Shown: positions 1 through 7,894 of the stretch, piece by piece
Numbering within the stretch: the first letter of the stretch is position 1
How the letters are laid out: each line of letters opens with the position of its first letter
Origin: a bacterium
Lineage (GTDB): Bacteria; Omnitrophota; Gorgyraeia; Duberdicusellales; 4484-171
DNA: 58,075 nt
Reading direction: 5' to 3'
Assembly: GCA_021796115.1 (NCBI GenBank)
Contig: JAJYOP010000008.1
Location: 1 to 58,075, forward strand
Translations under genes and position numbers: made by a program
Notes under the pieces: generated by a model
What the model was told of the DNA's origin: nothing
Seen by the model: the letters and a program-made list of their open reading frames with translations, nothing else
The model's database searches: none

Positions 1-12
1 TATTTGAGCCAT
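1..12 (-). CDS. 5' end of a minus-strand gene that runs off the window (4 codons visible)
   Basis: Reverse complement reads AAGGAGG-8 nt-ATGGCTCAAATA, a strong SD at correct spacing. Product unknowable. Confidence 0.3.
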
Positions 13-56
13 ACTTTTAACCTCCTTTTTATTGCAAGTATAGCTCAAAAACAGGA

Positions 57-111
57 TGTCTCATTTTCAGCTTTAATTGCTTAAAAACTGTCTCATTTTG
101 AATTTTAATTG
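57..111. repeat. Two 23-bp direct repeats (57-79, 89-111) in a divergent promoter region
   Basis: TGTCTCATTTTCAGCTTTAATTG versus TGTCTCATTTTGAATTTTAATTG, 20/23 identical by hand count, 32-bp period. Confidence 0.7.
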
Positions 112-129
112 ACACCTTTATGAATTGAA

Positions 130-157
130 TTGAATATTTTCATTTTTCGCTTATAAT
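130..157 (+). promoter_or_regulatory. Sigma70-like promoter TTGAAT-16-TATAAT
   Basis: -35 at 130-135 and -10 at 152-157. The -10/TSS block TTATAATAAACTTTCA recurs at 10814-10829. Confidence 0.5.
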
Positions 158-204
158 AAACTTTCAAAAGCCTGTCGCTTTTAGGCAGGCAGGGAGGCGT
201 GAGT

Positions 205-1134
205 ATGAGAAAAAACATATATTCAGTATTGATTTTTACCGTTGTATTTCTTACGAGTATAAGTGTTTTTGCACAAAATCAAAACAATGTTCCTGTGGTA
301 AAGCTTTCAAGCCCGCGTAAAACAATTGCCGTAACCAGATTTCAGAATAATTCAGGCATCGTTTCCTATTTGACCATGGGTGATGATTTTGCTGCGCAGC
401 TTACGGATGCGTTAAAGCAGAGCGGCAGATTCATTGTTTTAAGCCGCCAGGATTTAGGTGCTGTGCTTGCCGAACAGGATTTGGTTAAGGGCGGAAGAGT
501 TGCCAAGTCGCTTACCGCGCAAACCGGAAAAGTTATTCCTGCACAAATACTTGTAACCGGAAGTATTACCGAATTTCAGGAGAACACTTCCGGTGGTGCG
601 CAGGGTTTAAGTATCAGCGGCGTTAATATCGGCATGTCAAAATCAAACGCGCACATCGCAGTAATTATTCAGATTATCGATTCAACTACCGGAGAAATCC
701 TTGATTCGCAGCGCATCGAAGGGCTGGCGGATTCTTCAGGTTTTGGCGTCGGCTACAGCGGCTCATTTAGTATCGGTAGTTCCAGTTTTCAAAAGACTCC
801 TCTTGGCAAAGCAACTCAAATCGCCATCGATAGAGCAGTAGAATATATTTCTCAAAGAGCCGCAAATTATCGCTGGCAGGGTAGAGTAGTTACGGTCAAA
901 GACGGATTGGTTTATATCAATGCCGGTTCAGACGCCGGTATCGTGCCCGGCAAGACTTTTACCGTCTATAAAAAAGGCGAAAGTCTGGTTGATCCTGAAA
1001 CGGGAATTGAGCTGGGTTCAGAGAAAACAAAAATTGCCGACATCCTTGTGTCAGAAGTTGAGCCGAAATTTTCAAAAGCAAAGATATTAAGTAATACTGG
1101 CGAGATCAAAACTTCTGATTTGGTCTTTGAGTAA
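205..1134 (+). CDS. CsgG-family (curli-type secretion channel) lipoprotein-like protein with an extra C-terminal beta-rich domain
   Basis: Signal peptide plus CsgG pattern (TIAVTRFQNNSG...SGRFIVLSRQDL...AEQDL). SD GGGAGG at 192-197 fits ATG 205 rather than the ORF-track GTG 199. Confidence 0.75.
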   Translation: MRKNIYSVLIFTVVFLTSISVFAQNQNNVPVVKLSSPRKTIAVTRFQNNSGIVSYLTMGDDFAAQLTDALKQSGRFIVLSRQDLGAVLAEQDLVKGGRVAKSLTAQTGKVIPAQILVTGSITEFQENTSGGAQGLSISGVNIGMSKSNAHIAVIIQIIDSTTGEILDSQRIEGLADSSGFGVGYSGSFSIGSSSFQKTPLGKATQIAIDRAVEYISQRAANYRWQGRVVTVKDGLVYINAGSDAGIVPGKTFTVYKKGESLVDPETGIELGSEKTKIADILVSEVEPKFSKAKILSNTGEIKTSDLVFE

Positions 1135-1149
1135 CTATAAGGAGAAAAA

Positions 1150-1323
1150 ATGAAATATATTATTTTAGTTTTATTCTTTCTGGTCGGTTGCGAGACAGTT
1201 CATAAAAGCACGCAGGCTGCAGGCGAGCCAATCGGACAGGGTGCCAAAGCCGTTGGTGGCTTGACTGAAGGTGCGGCCGCAGGCTACAGTGATAAGCAAA
1301 CCGAAAATCCATACAGCAGATAA
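1150..1323 (+). CDS. 57-aa lipoprotein (not in ORF track)
   Basis: SD AAGGAG, then 5 nt, then ATG. MKYIILVLFFLVGC has a lipobox (LVGC). Sits 15 nt downstream of the csgG-like gene. Confidence 0.55.
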   Translation: MKYIILVLFFLVGCETVHKSTQAAGEPIGQGAKAVGGLTEGAAAGYSDKQTENPYSR

Positions 1324-1462
1324 AATTCCAAGCACCAAACACCAAATTCCAAATAAATTCCAATGACCAAATGCCCAATGCTACAAACGGAATCTGTTTT
1401 GGTCATTTAAACATTGGAGCTTGGAACTTATTTGGTGCTTGGAATTTGAGATTTGGAATTTC
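1322..1462 (+). repeat. Family A palindromic repeat, copy A1 (AATTCCAA / CACCAA words)
   Basis: Ends AAAATTCCAA...TTGGAATTTC. Internal pairs AATGACCAAA/TTTGGTCATT and CCAAGCACCAAA/TTTGGTGCTTGG. Ends 7 nt before the ABC-F ATG. Confidence 0.8.
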
Positions 1463-1469
1463 ATAAAAT

Positions 1470-3401
1470 ATGATAGCCCTGCACAGTTTAACCAAAAGTT
1501 ACGGCGAAAGAGATTTATTTAAGGCCGTCTCTCTTACCATAAATAGAGGCGAAAAAGTTGCTTTTCTTGGGCCAAACGGCGCAGGAAAATCAACATTTTT
1601 CAAGATAATCCTTAACGAGACTGAGCCGTCAAGCGGGCATGTTCAATTTAACAAGAATATCCGTATCGGCTATCTTCCGCAGGAGTCAAGTTTTCACTCC
1701 GACCGCACAGTTTTAAAAGAAATTATCGAAGGCGATAGCGAAATTTTCCGTCTTAAAAAAGAAAAAGACGAACTGGAAAGCAAAAACGAAACCACAACCA
1801 GGCACTATGGCGATATCATGCATCGTTTGGAAGCGCTTGGTTTTTTTGAGCTTGAATACAAAGGAAAAATTGTTTTAAGCGGTCTCGGATTTAAAGAAAG
1901 AGATTTTAGCCGGCAAATAAAAGAATTATCCGGCGGATGGCAAATGAGGGTGCTTCTTGCGAAACTCTTAGTTTGCCATTATGACTGTCTCCTGCTTGAC
2001 GAACCCACCAACTACCTTGATTTAAATGCTGCGCTCTGGTTTAAAGATTACCTTGCCAGTTACAAAGGCACATTTGTGATGATATCTCATGATAAAGCAT
2101 TTTTAAACGAAGTTACTGATCACTCAATTATTTTAGAGAATGGAAAAATTGCCAAAATAAAAGGCAACTACGAACAATACCGTAAAATTCTCGATGAACA
2201 GCGTAACCATCTTATCAAACAATTCAAAGAGCAGGGAAGAGTACGTGAACAATACCAGCGCTTTATCGACCGTTTCCATGCCCAGCCGAACAAGGCCTCG
2301 CAGGTGCGCGCCAAGAAAAAAGTCCTTGAGAAAATGGAAGTTATCGTTGTACCGGAAGATAGAAGAGAAAGCATCCGGGAATTTCATTTTCCGCAAACCA
2401 CCCCAAGCGGATATCGTGTAATTAGTCTTAAAGGAATTTCTAAAGCTTATGGCGACATTCAAGTTTATAAGAACCTTGATTTTGAAATTATTAAGGGAGA
2501 AAAGGCAGTTTTAGCCGGAGAAAACGGTGCCGGTAAATCCACGCTACTTAAAATTCTTGCCGGCGTGGTTGATATCAATGAAGGAGCACGAAATGTCGGT
2601 CATAATGTTACCATGGGATATTTTTCTCAAGATCGCATGGATGTTTTAAATGCTGACAGAGCCGTGCTTGAAGAGGCATTTTCCGTGGCGGGAGAAAACG
2701 TTACTGCCGAAGGCCTGCGCACAATTCTTGGCGCATTTTTATTTAAGGGCGATGACGTTGAAAAAAAAGTTAAAGTCCTTTCCGGCGGCGAGAAAAGCCG
2801 TTTAATACTGGCAAAACTGCTAATTAATCCGCCGAATTTTCTCCTGCTCGATGAACCAACCACGCATCTTGATGTTGATGCAGTTGATGCGCTGATTAAA
2901 GCGCTTAATGAATATGAAGGCACGATTGTTTTTATCAGCCACGATATTTATTTTGTAAAATCAATCGCCAATACCGTCTTTGAAGTTAAAGACGGGCACA
3001 TTACCAAGTTTCCCGGAAATTTTGATTATTACCTGCACAAGAAACAGCAGGATGAGTTGAAGATGAAAGAGCAGGGTACAGGAAACATGGCACAGGGTGC
3101 AGAAGGAAGAAAGACTAAAGATGCTCTCCATGCCCATGGGGGGAAGCAAGAGAAAAAAGAATTGACCCTTGAGGAAATCAAGCGGCACAATGAAATACTC
3201 GCTAACAAAATAAAAAAACTGCGCAAAAAAAAGGAAAAACTGGAAGTAGAGCGTTATGCCAAAGCCCGGGTTATCGAAAATCCGCGCCATGGAGAGGAGC
3301 TTATCCGTTATTACACGGAGATAGTTGATGAGCTGAATAAACAGATTCGTGAGGTTGAAAACGAAATAAAGCGCACCGAAGAAAAGTTCTTAAACCAATA
3401 G
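1470..3401 (+). CDS. ABC-F family ATPase (Uup/YheS-like, two ABC domains plus a charged coiled-coil tail)
   Basis: Two Walker A sites (GPNGAGKST, GENGAGKST), two LSGG signatures, no TM segments, Lys/Glu-rich C-terminus. Confidence 0.9.
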   Translation: MIALHSLTKSYGERDLFKAVSLTINRGEKVAFLGPNGAGKSTFFKIILNETEPSSGHVQFNKNIRIGYLPQESSFHSDRTVLKEIIEGDSEIFRLKKEKDELESKNETTTRHYGDIMHRLEALGFFELEYKGKIVLSGLGFKERDFSRQIKELSGGWQMRVLLAKLLVCHYDCLLLDEPTNYLDLNAALWFKDYLASYKGTFVMISHDKAFLNEVTDHSIILENGKIAKIKGNYEQYRKILDEQRNHLIKQFKEQGRVREQYQRFIDRFHAQPNKASQVRAKKKVLEKMEVIVVPEDRRESIREFHFPQTTPSGYRVISLKGISKAYGDIQVYKNLDFEIIKGEKAVLAGENGAGKSTLLKILAGVVDINEGARNVGHNVTMGYFSQDRMDVLNADRAVLEEAFSVAGENVTAEGLRTILGAFLFKGDDVEKKVKVLSGGEKSRLILAKLLINPPNFLLLDEPTTHLDVDAVDALIKALNEYEGTIVFISHDIYFVKSIANTVFEVKDGHITKFPGNFDYYLHKKQQDELKMKEQGTGNMAQGAEGRKTKDALHAHGGKQEKKELTLEEIKRHNEILANKIKKLRKKKEKLEVERYAKARVIENPRHGEELIRYYTEIVDELNKQIREVENEIKRTEEKFLNQ

Positions 3402-3405
3402 AATT

Positions 3406-3414
3406 TGATATAAT
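3406..3414 (+). promoter_or_regulatory. Extended -10 box TGATATAAT
   Basis: The identical 9-mer also occurs at 13162, 13231 and 23641. This copy lies 5 nt after the ABC-F stop. Confidence 0.4.
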
Positions 3415-3427
3415 AATTAATTATTAT

Positions 3428-3462
3428 GTAGTAGGGAACGGCTTGAAACCGTTCCCTACTAC
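3428..3462 (+). other. Perfect 14-bp stem-loop between the ABC-F and M48 genes
   Basis: GTAGTAGGGAACGG-CTTGAAA-CCGTTCCCTACTAC. No T-tract follows, so it is a terminator, processing or stability element of unknown role. Confidence 0.6.
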
Positions 3463-3474
3463 TAGGAACGCCTT

Positions 3475-4710
3475 ATGAATATCTACCTGATTATAATTCT
3501 TGCAATTATCGTCATCGAATATTTTCTCGGCCTGTTGGTTGAAAAATTAAACATCAAGAATGCCTCCGATGCCTTGCCCCAGGAGTTTGAAGGCTTTTAT
3601 GATGCAGAAAAGTATAAGCTTTCCCAGGAGTATTTAAAAGAAAATACAAACTTCAGTCTCCTTAAAGACACAATCTTCACGATTATTACTATAATTTTTA
3701 TCCTTATCGGTGGTTTCAATTTTGTCGATAATCTAGCGCGTGATTTTACCAAAGGGCCGATTATTACCGGGCTGATTTTTACCGGAATGATTATCTTTGG
3801 CGCACAAATTTTAGGTTTGCCATTTTCCGCTTACCACACCTTTGCGATTGAAGCAAAATATGGTTTTAACAAAACCACAATAAGAACTTTTATTCTTGAT
3901 ATCATTAAAGCATTCATCCTGACTGCGATTATTGGTTCAGCGATACTTTCTGCGGTCTTCTGGTTTTTTCAGGCTGCGGGCAATTTGGCTTGGGTTTATT
4001 GTTGGATTGCTATTACTATCTTCCAATTATTTTTATTATTCATCGCTCCAGTTGTAATTATGCCGCTCTTTAATAAATTTATCCCGTTGGAAGAAGGCGA
4101 ACTTAAAACTGCCATAGAAAATTATGCCAAGGAACAAAATTTTGTGTTGAAAGGCATATTCAAAATGGATGCTTCCAAGCGTTCCACCAAATCGAACGCA
4201 TTTTTTACCGGTTTTGGGCGTTTCAGGCGTATCGCGCTTTTCGATACCTTAATTGCCAAACACACGACTGATGAGCTGGCTTCGGTTTTAGCCCATGAAA
4301 TCGGCCACTACAAAAAGAAGCATTTTATAAAAGGGATGCTGCTTTCGATAATTACCACCGGGATAATGCTTTTTATCCTCTCCTTTTTTATAAAAAATCC
4401 CGGCTTGTTTGCCGCATTTAAAATGCAAAACCTTTCTATCTATGCCAGCTTGTTTTTCTTCGGTTTTCTTTACAGCCCGATAAATTTATTCTTTTCTATT
4501 TTTGCCAATGTCATTTCCCGGAAGCATGAATACGAAGCAGATGTTTTTGCGGTTTCAACCTATCGTAAGCCGGAAGCTTTCATCGTTGCACTTAAAAAAT
4601 TAACCGTTGACAATCTTTCCAACTTAACCCCGCATCCTTTAAAGGTATTCTTAGATTACAGCCATCCGCCGGTTTTAAAAAGAATAGAAGCGATTAAAAA
4701 ATTTTCCTAA
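3475..4710 (+). CDS. M48 family zinc metalloprotease (Ste24/HtpX-like, multi-TM)
   Basis: HEIGH motif (LAHEIGHYKKKH), about 6 TM helices, Ste24-like length of 411 aa. Confidence 0.85.
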   Translation: MNIYLIIILAIIVIEYFLGLLVEKLNIKNASDALPQEFEGFYDAEKYKLSQEYLKENTNFSLLKDTIFTIITIIFILIGGFNFVDNLARDFTKGPIITGLIFTGMIIFGAQILGLPFSAYHTFAIEAKYGFNKTTIRTFILDIIKAFILTAIIGSAILSAVFWFFQAAGNLAWVYCWIAITIFQLFLLFIAPVVIMPLFNKFIPLEEGELKTAIENYAKEQNFVLKGIFKMDASKRSTKSNAFFTGFGRFRRIALFDTLIAKHTTDELASVLAHEIGHYKKKHFIKGMLLSIITTGIMLFILSFFIKNPGLFAAFKMQNLSIYASLFFFGFLYSPINLFFSIFANVISRKHEYEADVFAVSTYRKPEAFIVALKKLTVDNLSNLTPHPLKVFLDYSHPPVLKRIEAIKKFS

Positions 4711-4714
4711 GCAT

Positions 4715-4733
4715 TCCCACCGCATATGTGGGA
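4715..4733 (+). terminator. Short hairpin after the M48 gene
   Basis: TCCCAC-CGCATAT-GTGGGA followed by TTCGTTT. Weak. Confidence 0.3.
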
Positions 4734-4756
4734 TTCGTTTATGCGGAATAATCGCC

Positions 4757-4785
4757 TTGACCGCTTAATTAGTCGGCAGTAAAAT
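4757..4785 (+). promoter_or_regulatory. Promoter TTGACC-17-TAAAAT ending 9 nt before ATG 4795 (leaderless or near-leaderless)
   Basis: -35 at 4757-4762 and -10 at 4780-4785. No SD before ATG 4795. Confidence 0.5.
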
Positions 4786-4794
4786 CTAAATGCG

Positions 4795-5838
4795 ATGACC
4801 CAAAAGGATAAGATTGACCTATCAACTCTTTCCGAAGAAGAACTACTCAGATTCCGCATCAAATATTTACCGGTCAGTATCGAAGGTACATGGCTCAAAG
4901 ATTGCGTCAACCAGCTCTATCAGGAACTCAATGCAAAAGGCATAAAGTTTAAGCCGGTTTGCTATCTTGCTGATGAGTGGTTTGCGCCTGACCAGGACCC
5001 GCAAATCGGCATACCGTTTTATCTTGCCCACCCCAGCCTGATAAAACTTGAAAAAAAGATGATGCATGAGGCTGAAGGAGAAACCAAGGCCTGGTGTATG
5101 ATGCTGCTTCGCCATGAAGCCGGCCACGCCATTAACTACGCCTATAAGCTTTACCAGACTCCGGACTGGAAAAAAGTATTCGGGCAGTTCTCTAAAGCCT
5201 ATGCCGATGCCTATCGCTTTCAGCCGTACTCTAAAAGTTTCGTGCGGCATTTGGAAAAATTCTATGCACAGTGCCATCCGGACGAAGATTTTGCCGAAAC
5301 TTTTGCCGTCTGGCTTAATCCAGGTTTTGACTGGCGCAAAACTTACAATGGCTGGAAGGCTATCGCCAAGCTTCAGTATGTAGAAGAAGTCATACTTGAA
5401 ATTAAAAATAAACTCCCACTGGTTAAAAATGGCAGAAAATACCGCAAAGCTTCCACTCTGAATCTAACCCTGGAAAATTATTACAAAAAGAAAAAACATA
5501 CCTACGCGGAAAATTTTCCCGACTATCACGACACAAATCTTACGAAAATATTTGCGGTTAAAGATAAAAAAGAGGATAGCAAATTACCCTTTGCTTATAG
5601 TATAATAAAAAAGTATAAAGAAGTTATTTGCGCAAATGTCTCTGTCTGGACCGGCGAGAAAAAGTTTATCATCAACGATTTACTGGAGACCTTGATTAAA
5701 AGATGTAAAGAGCTCGGACTTTTTAACGCCATGAGCGAGCAGGAGGCAATACTCAAGATTTCTATTTACGTAACGGCGCTGGTCATGAACTATGTCCATA
5801 CCGGCAGGTTTTTAAGAAAACAATGGATAAGAAATTAA
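4795..5838 (+). CDS. Putative zinc-binding metallopeptidase (HExxH; recalled as Peptidase_Mx-like)
   Basis: LLRHEAGHAINY motif and no signal peptide. The 3' end overlaps the next gene by 16 nt. Confidence 0.6.
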   Translation: MTQKDKIDLSTLSEEELLRFRIKYLPVSIEGTWLKDCVNQLYQELNAKGIKFKPVCYLADEWFAPDQDPQIGIPFYLAHPSLIKLEKKMMHEAEGETKAWCMMLLRHEAGHAINYAYKLYQTPDWKKVFGQFSKAYADAYRFQPYSKSFVRHLEKFYAQCHPDEDFAETFAVWLNPGFDWRKTYNGWKAIAKLQYVEEVILEIKNKLPLVKNGRKYRKASTLNLTLENYYKKKKHTYAENFPDYHDTNLTKIFAVKDKKEDSKLPFAYSIIKKYKEVICANVSVWTGEKKFIINDLLETLIKRCKELGLFNAMSEQEAILKISIYVTALVMNYVHTGRFLRKQWIRN

Positions 5839-6842
5839 AAGTTCTTCTTGTTTTCGATTGTCCTTACAAAACCGAACGTAGCTATGATTTTGCCAAGGAA
5901 TTTAAGGAGCCGGATTGGGATACTCAAGCTAATGTTTACGAAGCGCTTCGTGAAAACGGCCATGACATTAGCCTGCTTGGCGTCTTTGACGATATCAACG
6001 TTTTAGTCGAAGAGATAAACCAGAATAAGCCCGACGTTGTCTTTAATATTATGGAGGGTTTTCGCAATAAAACTAAATTAGAGCGAAACGCCGCATGGTT
6101 TTTAGAGATGCTCGGCATTCCTTTTACCGGCGCAAGTCCTGCAGCGCTTCTTATCTGCAATGACAAAGCCTTAAGCAAAAAAATTTTAAGTTTTCATAAA
6201 ATCCGCGTACCCAACTTCCATACTTTTTCCAAAAATAAAAAACTAAAATCCGTAAAACGGCCAAAACTTCCGGTAATTGTTAAGCCTTTATGCGAGGAAG
6301 CCTCTGTCGGCATTTCGCAGGCTTCCGTTGCCGATAGTCACGATGCAGCTCTTGAGCGCATAAAATTCATCCACGAAAAAACCGGTATGGATGCAATCGT
6401 CGAAGAATACATTGCCGGCAGAGAGTTCTATGTTAGTGTTATTGGCAATAAAGCACTCGAAGTTCTGCCGGTCAGGGAAATGAAATTCGGCGACATTACT
6501 GACCCGGAAAGTAGAATCGCAACCTACAAGGCTAAATGGGATGATGAATACCGCAAGAAATGGGGAATCCAAAATGTTTTTGCAAATAATATGCCCGAAG
6601 GCTTAGAGAAAAAAATGACCCATATCTGTAAGACCGCCTACCGCGCGCTGAATCTAAATTCCTACGCGCGTTTTGACTTACGAGTTTCCAGCGACGGGAA
6701 AATTTATATCCTTGAGGTGAATGCTAACCCCTGTCTTGCCAAAGACGACGAACTCGCCCAATCAGCCGAAAAATCCGGTTTGGAATATGCCAAATTGATT
6801 CAAAAAATTGTATCCTTGGCATTGAATAATAATGGAGATTAA
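5823..6842 (+). CDS. ATP-grasp enzyme, D-alanine--D-alanine ligase-like family
   Basis: Ddl-like N-domain, ATP-grasp core (VIVKPLCEEASVGI...EEYIAGREFYVSV...YILEVNANP). Confidence 0.8.
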   Translation: MDKKLKVLLVFDCPYKTERSYDFAKEFKEPDWDTQANVYEALRENGHDISLLGVFDDINVLVEEINQNKPDVVFNIMEGFRNKTKLERNAAWFLEMLGIPFTGASPAALLICNDKALSKKILSFHKIRVPNFHTFSKNKKLKSVKRPKLPVIVKPLCEEASVGISQASVADSHDAALERIKFIHEKTGMDAIVEEYIAGREFYVSVIGNKALEVLPVREMKFGDITDPESRIATYKAKWDDEYRKKWGIQNVFANNMPEGLEKKMTHICKTAYRALNLNSYARFDLRVSSDGKIYILEVNANPCLAKDDELAQSAEKSGLEYAKLIQKIVSLALNNNGD

Positions 6843-6892
6843 TGAGGCAGCAGCTTTTCAAATGACTAAAAGGAATGCCAAAAAGTTGCGTA

Positions 6893-6934
6893 GTCGAATT
6901 GTCCCAAACGAAGTTTGGGACGAAACGAGTGGGG
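6893..6934 (-). repeat. D-module repeat (copy D1, inverted relative to 13250)
   Basis: GTCGAATTGTCCCAAACGAAGTTTGGGACGAAACGAGTGGGG. Contains a 9-bp hairpin at 6901-6921. Matches the reverse complement of 13250-13299. Confidence 0.7.
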
Positions 6935-6951
6935 TGAGATTTAAAAACAAT

Positions 6952-7332
6952 ATGAGAAGAATCATCCTTCCAACTTTAATCTTCATCTGCTCGGTTTCAA
7001 TGTGTTTTGCCGAAAGTTCAAGGCAAGTTAAAATAATCAAAGTACAAGTCGAGCAGGAGTTTACGATTACCCTAGAAGCGAATGCCACTACCGGATACCA
7101 GTGGCAATTGGCGAAGCCGCTGGATGAAGCGATGTTTCAACTAGTAAGTTCAGAATATATCGCAGATAAAACAAATCGTGTCGGTTCAGGAGGTAAACAG
7201 GTTTGGATTTTTAAGGCGCTTAAACCCGGAGAAGCAGGTATCTATTTTAAATACGTGCGGCCGTGGGAAAAAGATGTGCCACCGGTAAAAAAAGAATCAT
7301 TTTTAATTACGATTACAGGCAATGAACCTTGA
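6952..7332 (+). CDS. Chagasin-family cysteine-peptidase inhibitor (I42), secreted
   Basis: Signal peptide plus all three chagasin loop motifs: NATTGYQW, GSGG and RPW. Start moved from 6832 to ATG 6952. Confidence 0.75.
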   Translation: MRRIILPTLIFICSVSMCFAESSRQVKIIKVQVEQEFTITLEANATTGYQWQLAKPLDEAMFQLVSSEYIADKTNRVGSGGKQVWIFKALKPGEAGIYFKYVRPWEKDVPPVKKESFLITITGNEP

Positions 7333-7432
7333 ATTAGATTTTTCTCAAGTTCTGCTCCGTCTCCAACGCTTCAAATTCCGTATGCGGTTTACTGAACCAA
7401 AATTCCACCTCGTAAGTGGAATGGAAACATAG
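7322..7432 (+). pseudogene. Internally deleted relic of a DUF4186 gene (36-codon remnant ORF)
   Basis: MNLELDFSQVLLRLQRFKFRMRF versus MSQELDFYRILPRLQKSKFRLRF of gene 7895-8284. 43/60 nt are identical and ungapped (7331-7390 versus 7904-7963). The 3' hairpin ATTCCACCT..GTGGA also matches 8251-8270. Confidence 0.6.
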
Positions 7433-7452
7433 GTTCAAGAAGGAGGTGCCAA

Positions 7453-7839
7453 ATGGAAAATTCAATTGCGTTAGCGAGATTTATTGGCCCATATATTATT
7501 TTAATTGGAGTTGGGCTTTTGTTTAATCGAAAGAGAATCAGCAAGATAATGGAGGATTTTCCAAACAACCCAGGTTTAGTTTATGTAACCGGTCTGCTTA
7601 CTTTTGTTACTGGCTTGGCAATAGTGCTACTCCACAATTTATGGGTAGCGGATTGGCGCGTAATTATAACTTTATTCGGCTGGATTGCACTGCTTAAAGG
7701 GGCATGGCTGGTTATTTTGCCGAGCACATTAAATAAAATTACAAAATGGTATACCGATAATCCTAATTTGGTCGTAATTTCCTGGTCGATAATGCTTTTA
7801 CTCGGCATATTCCTGGCTATCAAGGGCTTCATGCAGTAA
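7453..7839 (+). CDS. Small integral membrane protein (about 4 TM), function unknown
   Basis: SD AGGAGG, then 7 nt, then ATG. Hydrophobic 128-aa ORF followed by a strong terminator. Confidence 0.6.
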   Translation: MENSIALARFIGPYIILIGVGLLFNRKRISKIMEDFPNNPGLVYVTGLLTFVTGLAIVLLHNLWVADWRVIITLFGWIALLKGAWLVILPSTLNKITKWYTDNPNLVVISWSIMLLLGIFLAIKGFMQ

Positions 7840-7887
7840 AACCAAAGCCCACCCCGGAGGTGGGCTTTGGTTTGGTAGTGTTTTTTT
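7839..7887 (+). terminator. Rho-independent terminator
   Basis: Perfect 15-bp stem AAACCAAAGCCCACC / GGTGGGCTTTGGTTT, then T7 at 7881-7887. Confidence 0.85.
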
Positions 7888-7894
7888 GATTGAT

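Noticed and set aside
1322-1462. The recurring short repeats as a CRISPR array.
   Set aside because: Repeat copies are inverted, not direct, and are not separated by constant-length unique spacers. They are scattered singly across the window, and no cas genes are present.
6832-6951. ORF-track 5' extensions of several genes: 6832-6951, 8570-8884, 24770-24811, 28107-28184, 43215-43229, 55061-55198 and 56459-56470.
   Set aside because: The extensions overlap the preceding gene or a repeat or promoter. The family-typical N-terminus or signal peptide begins at the internal ATG, which usually also has the better SD or promoter context.
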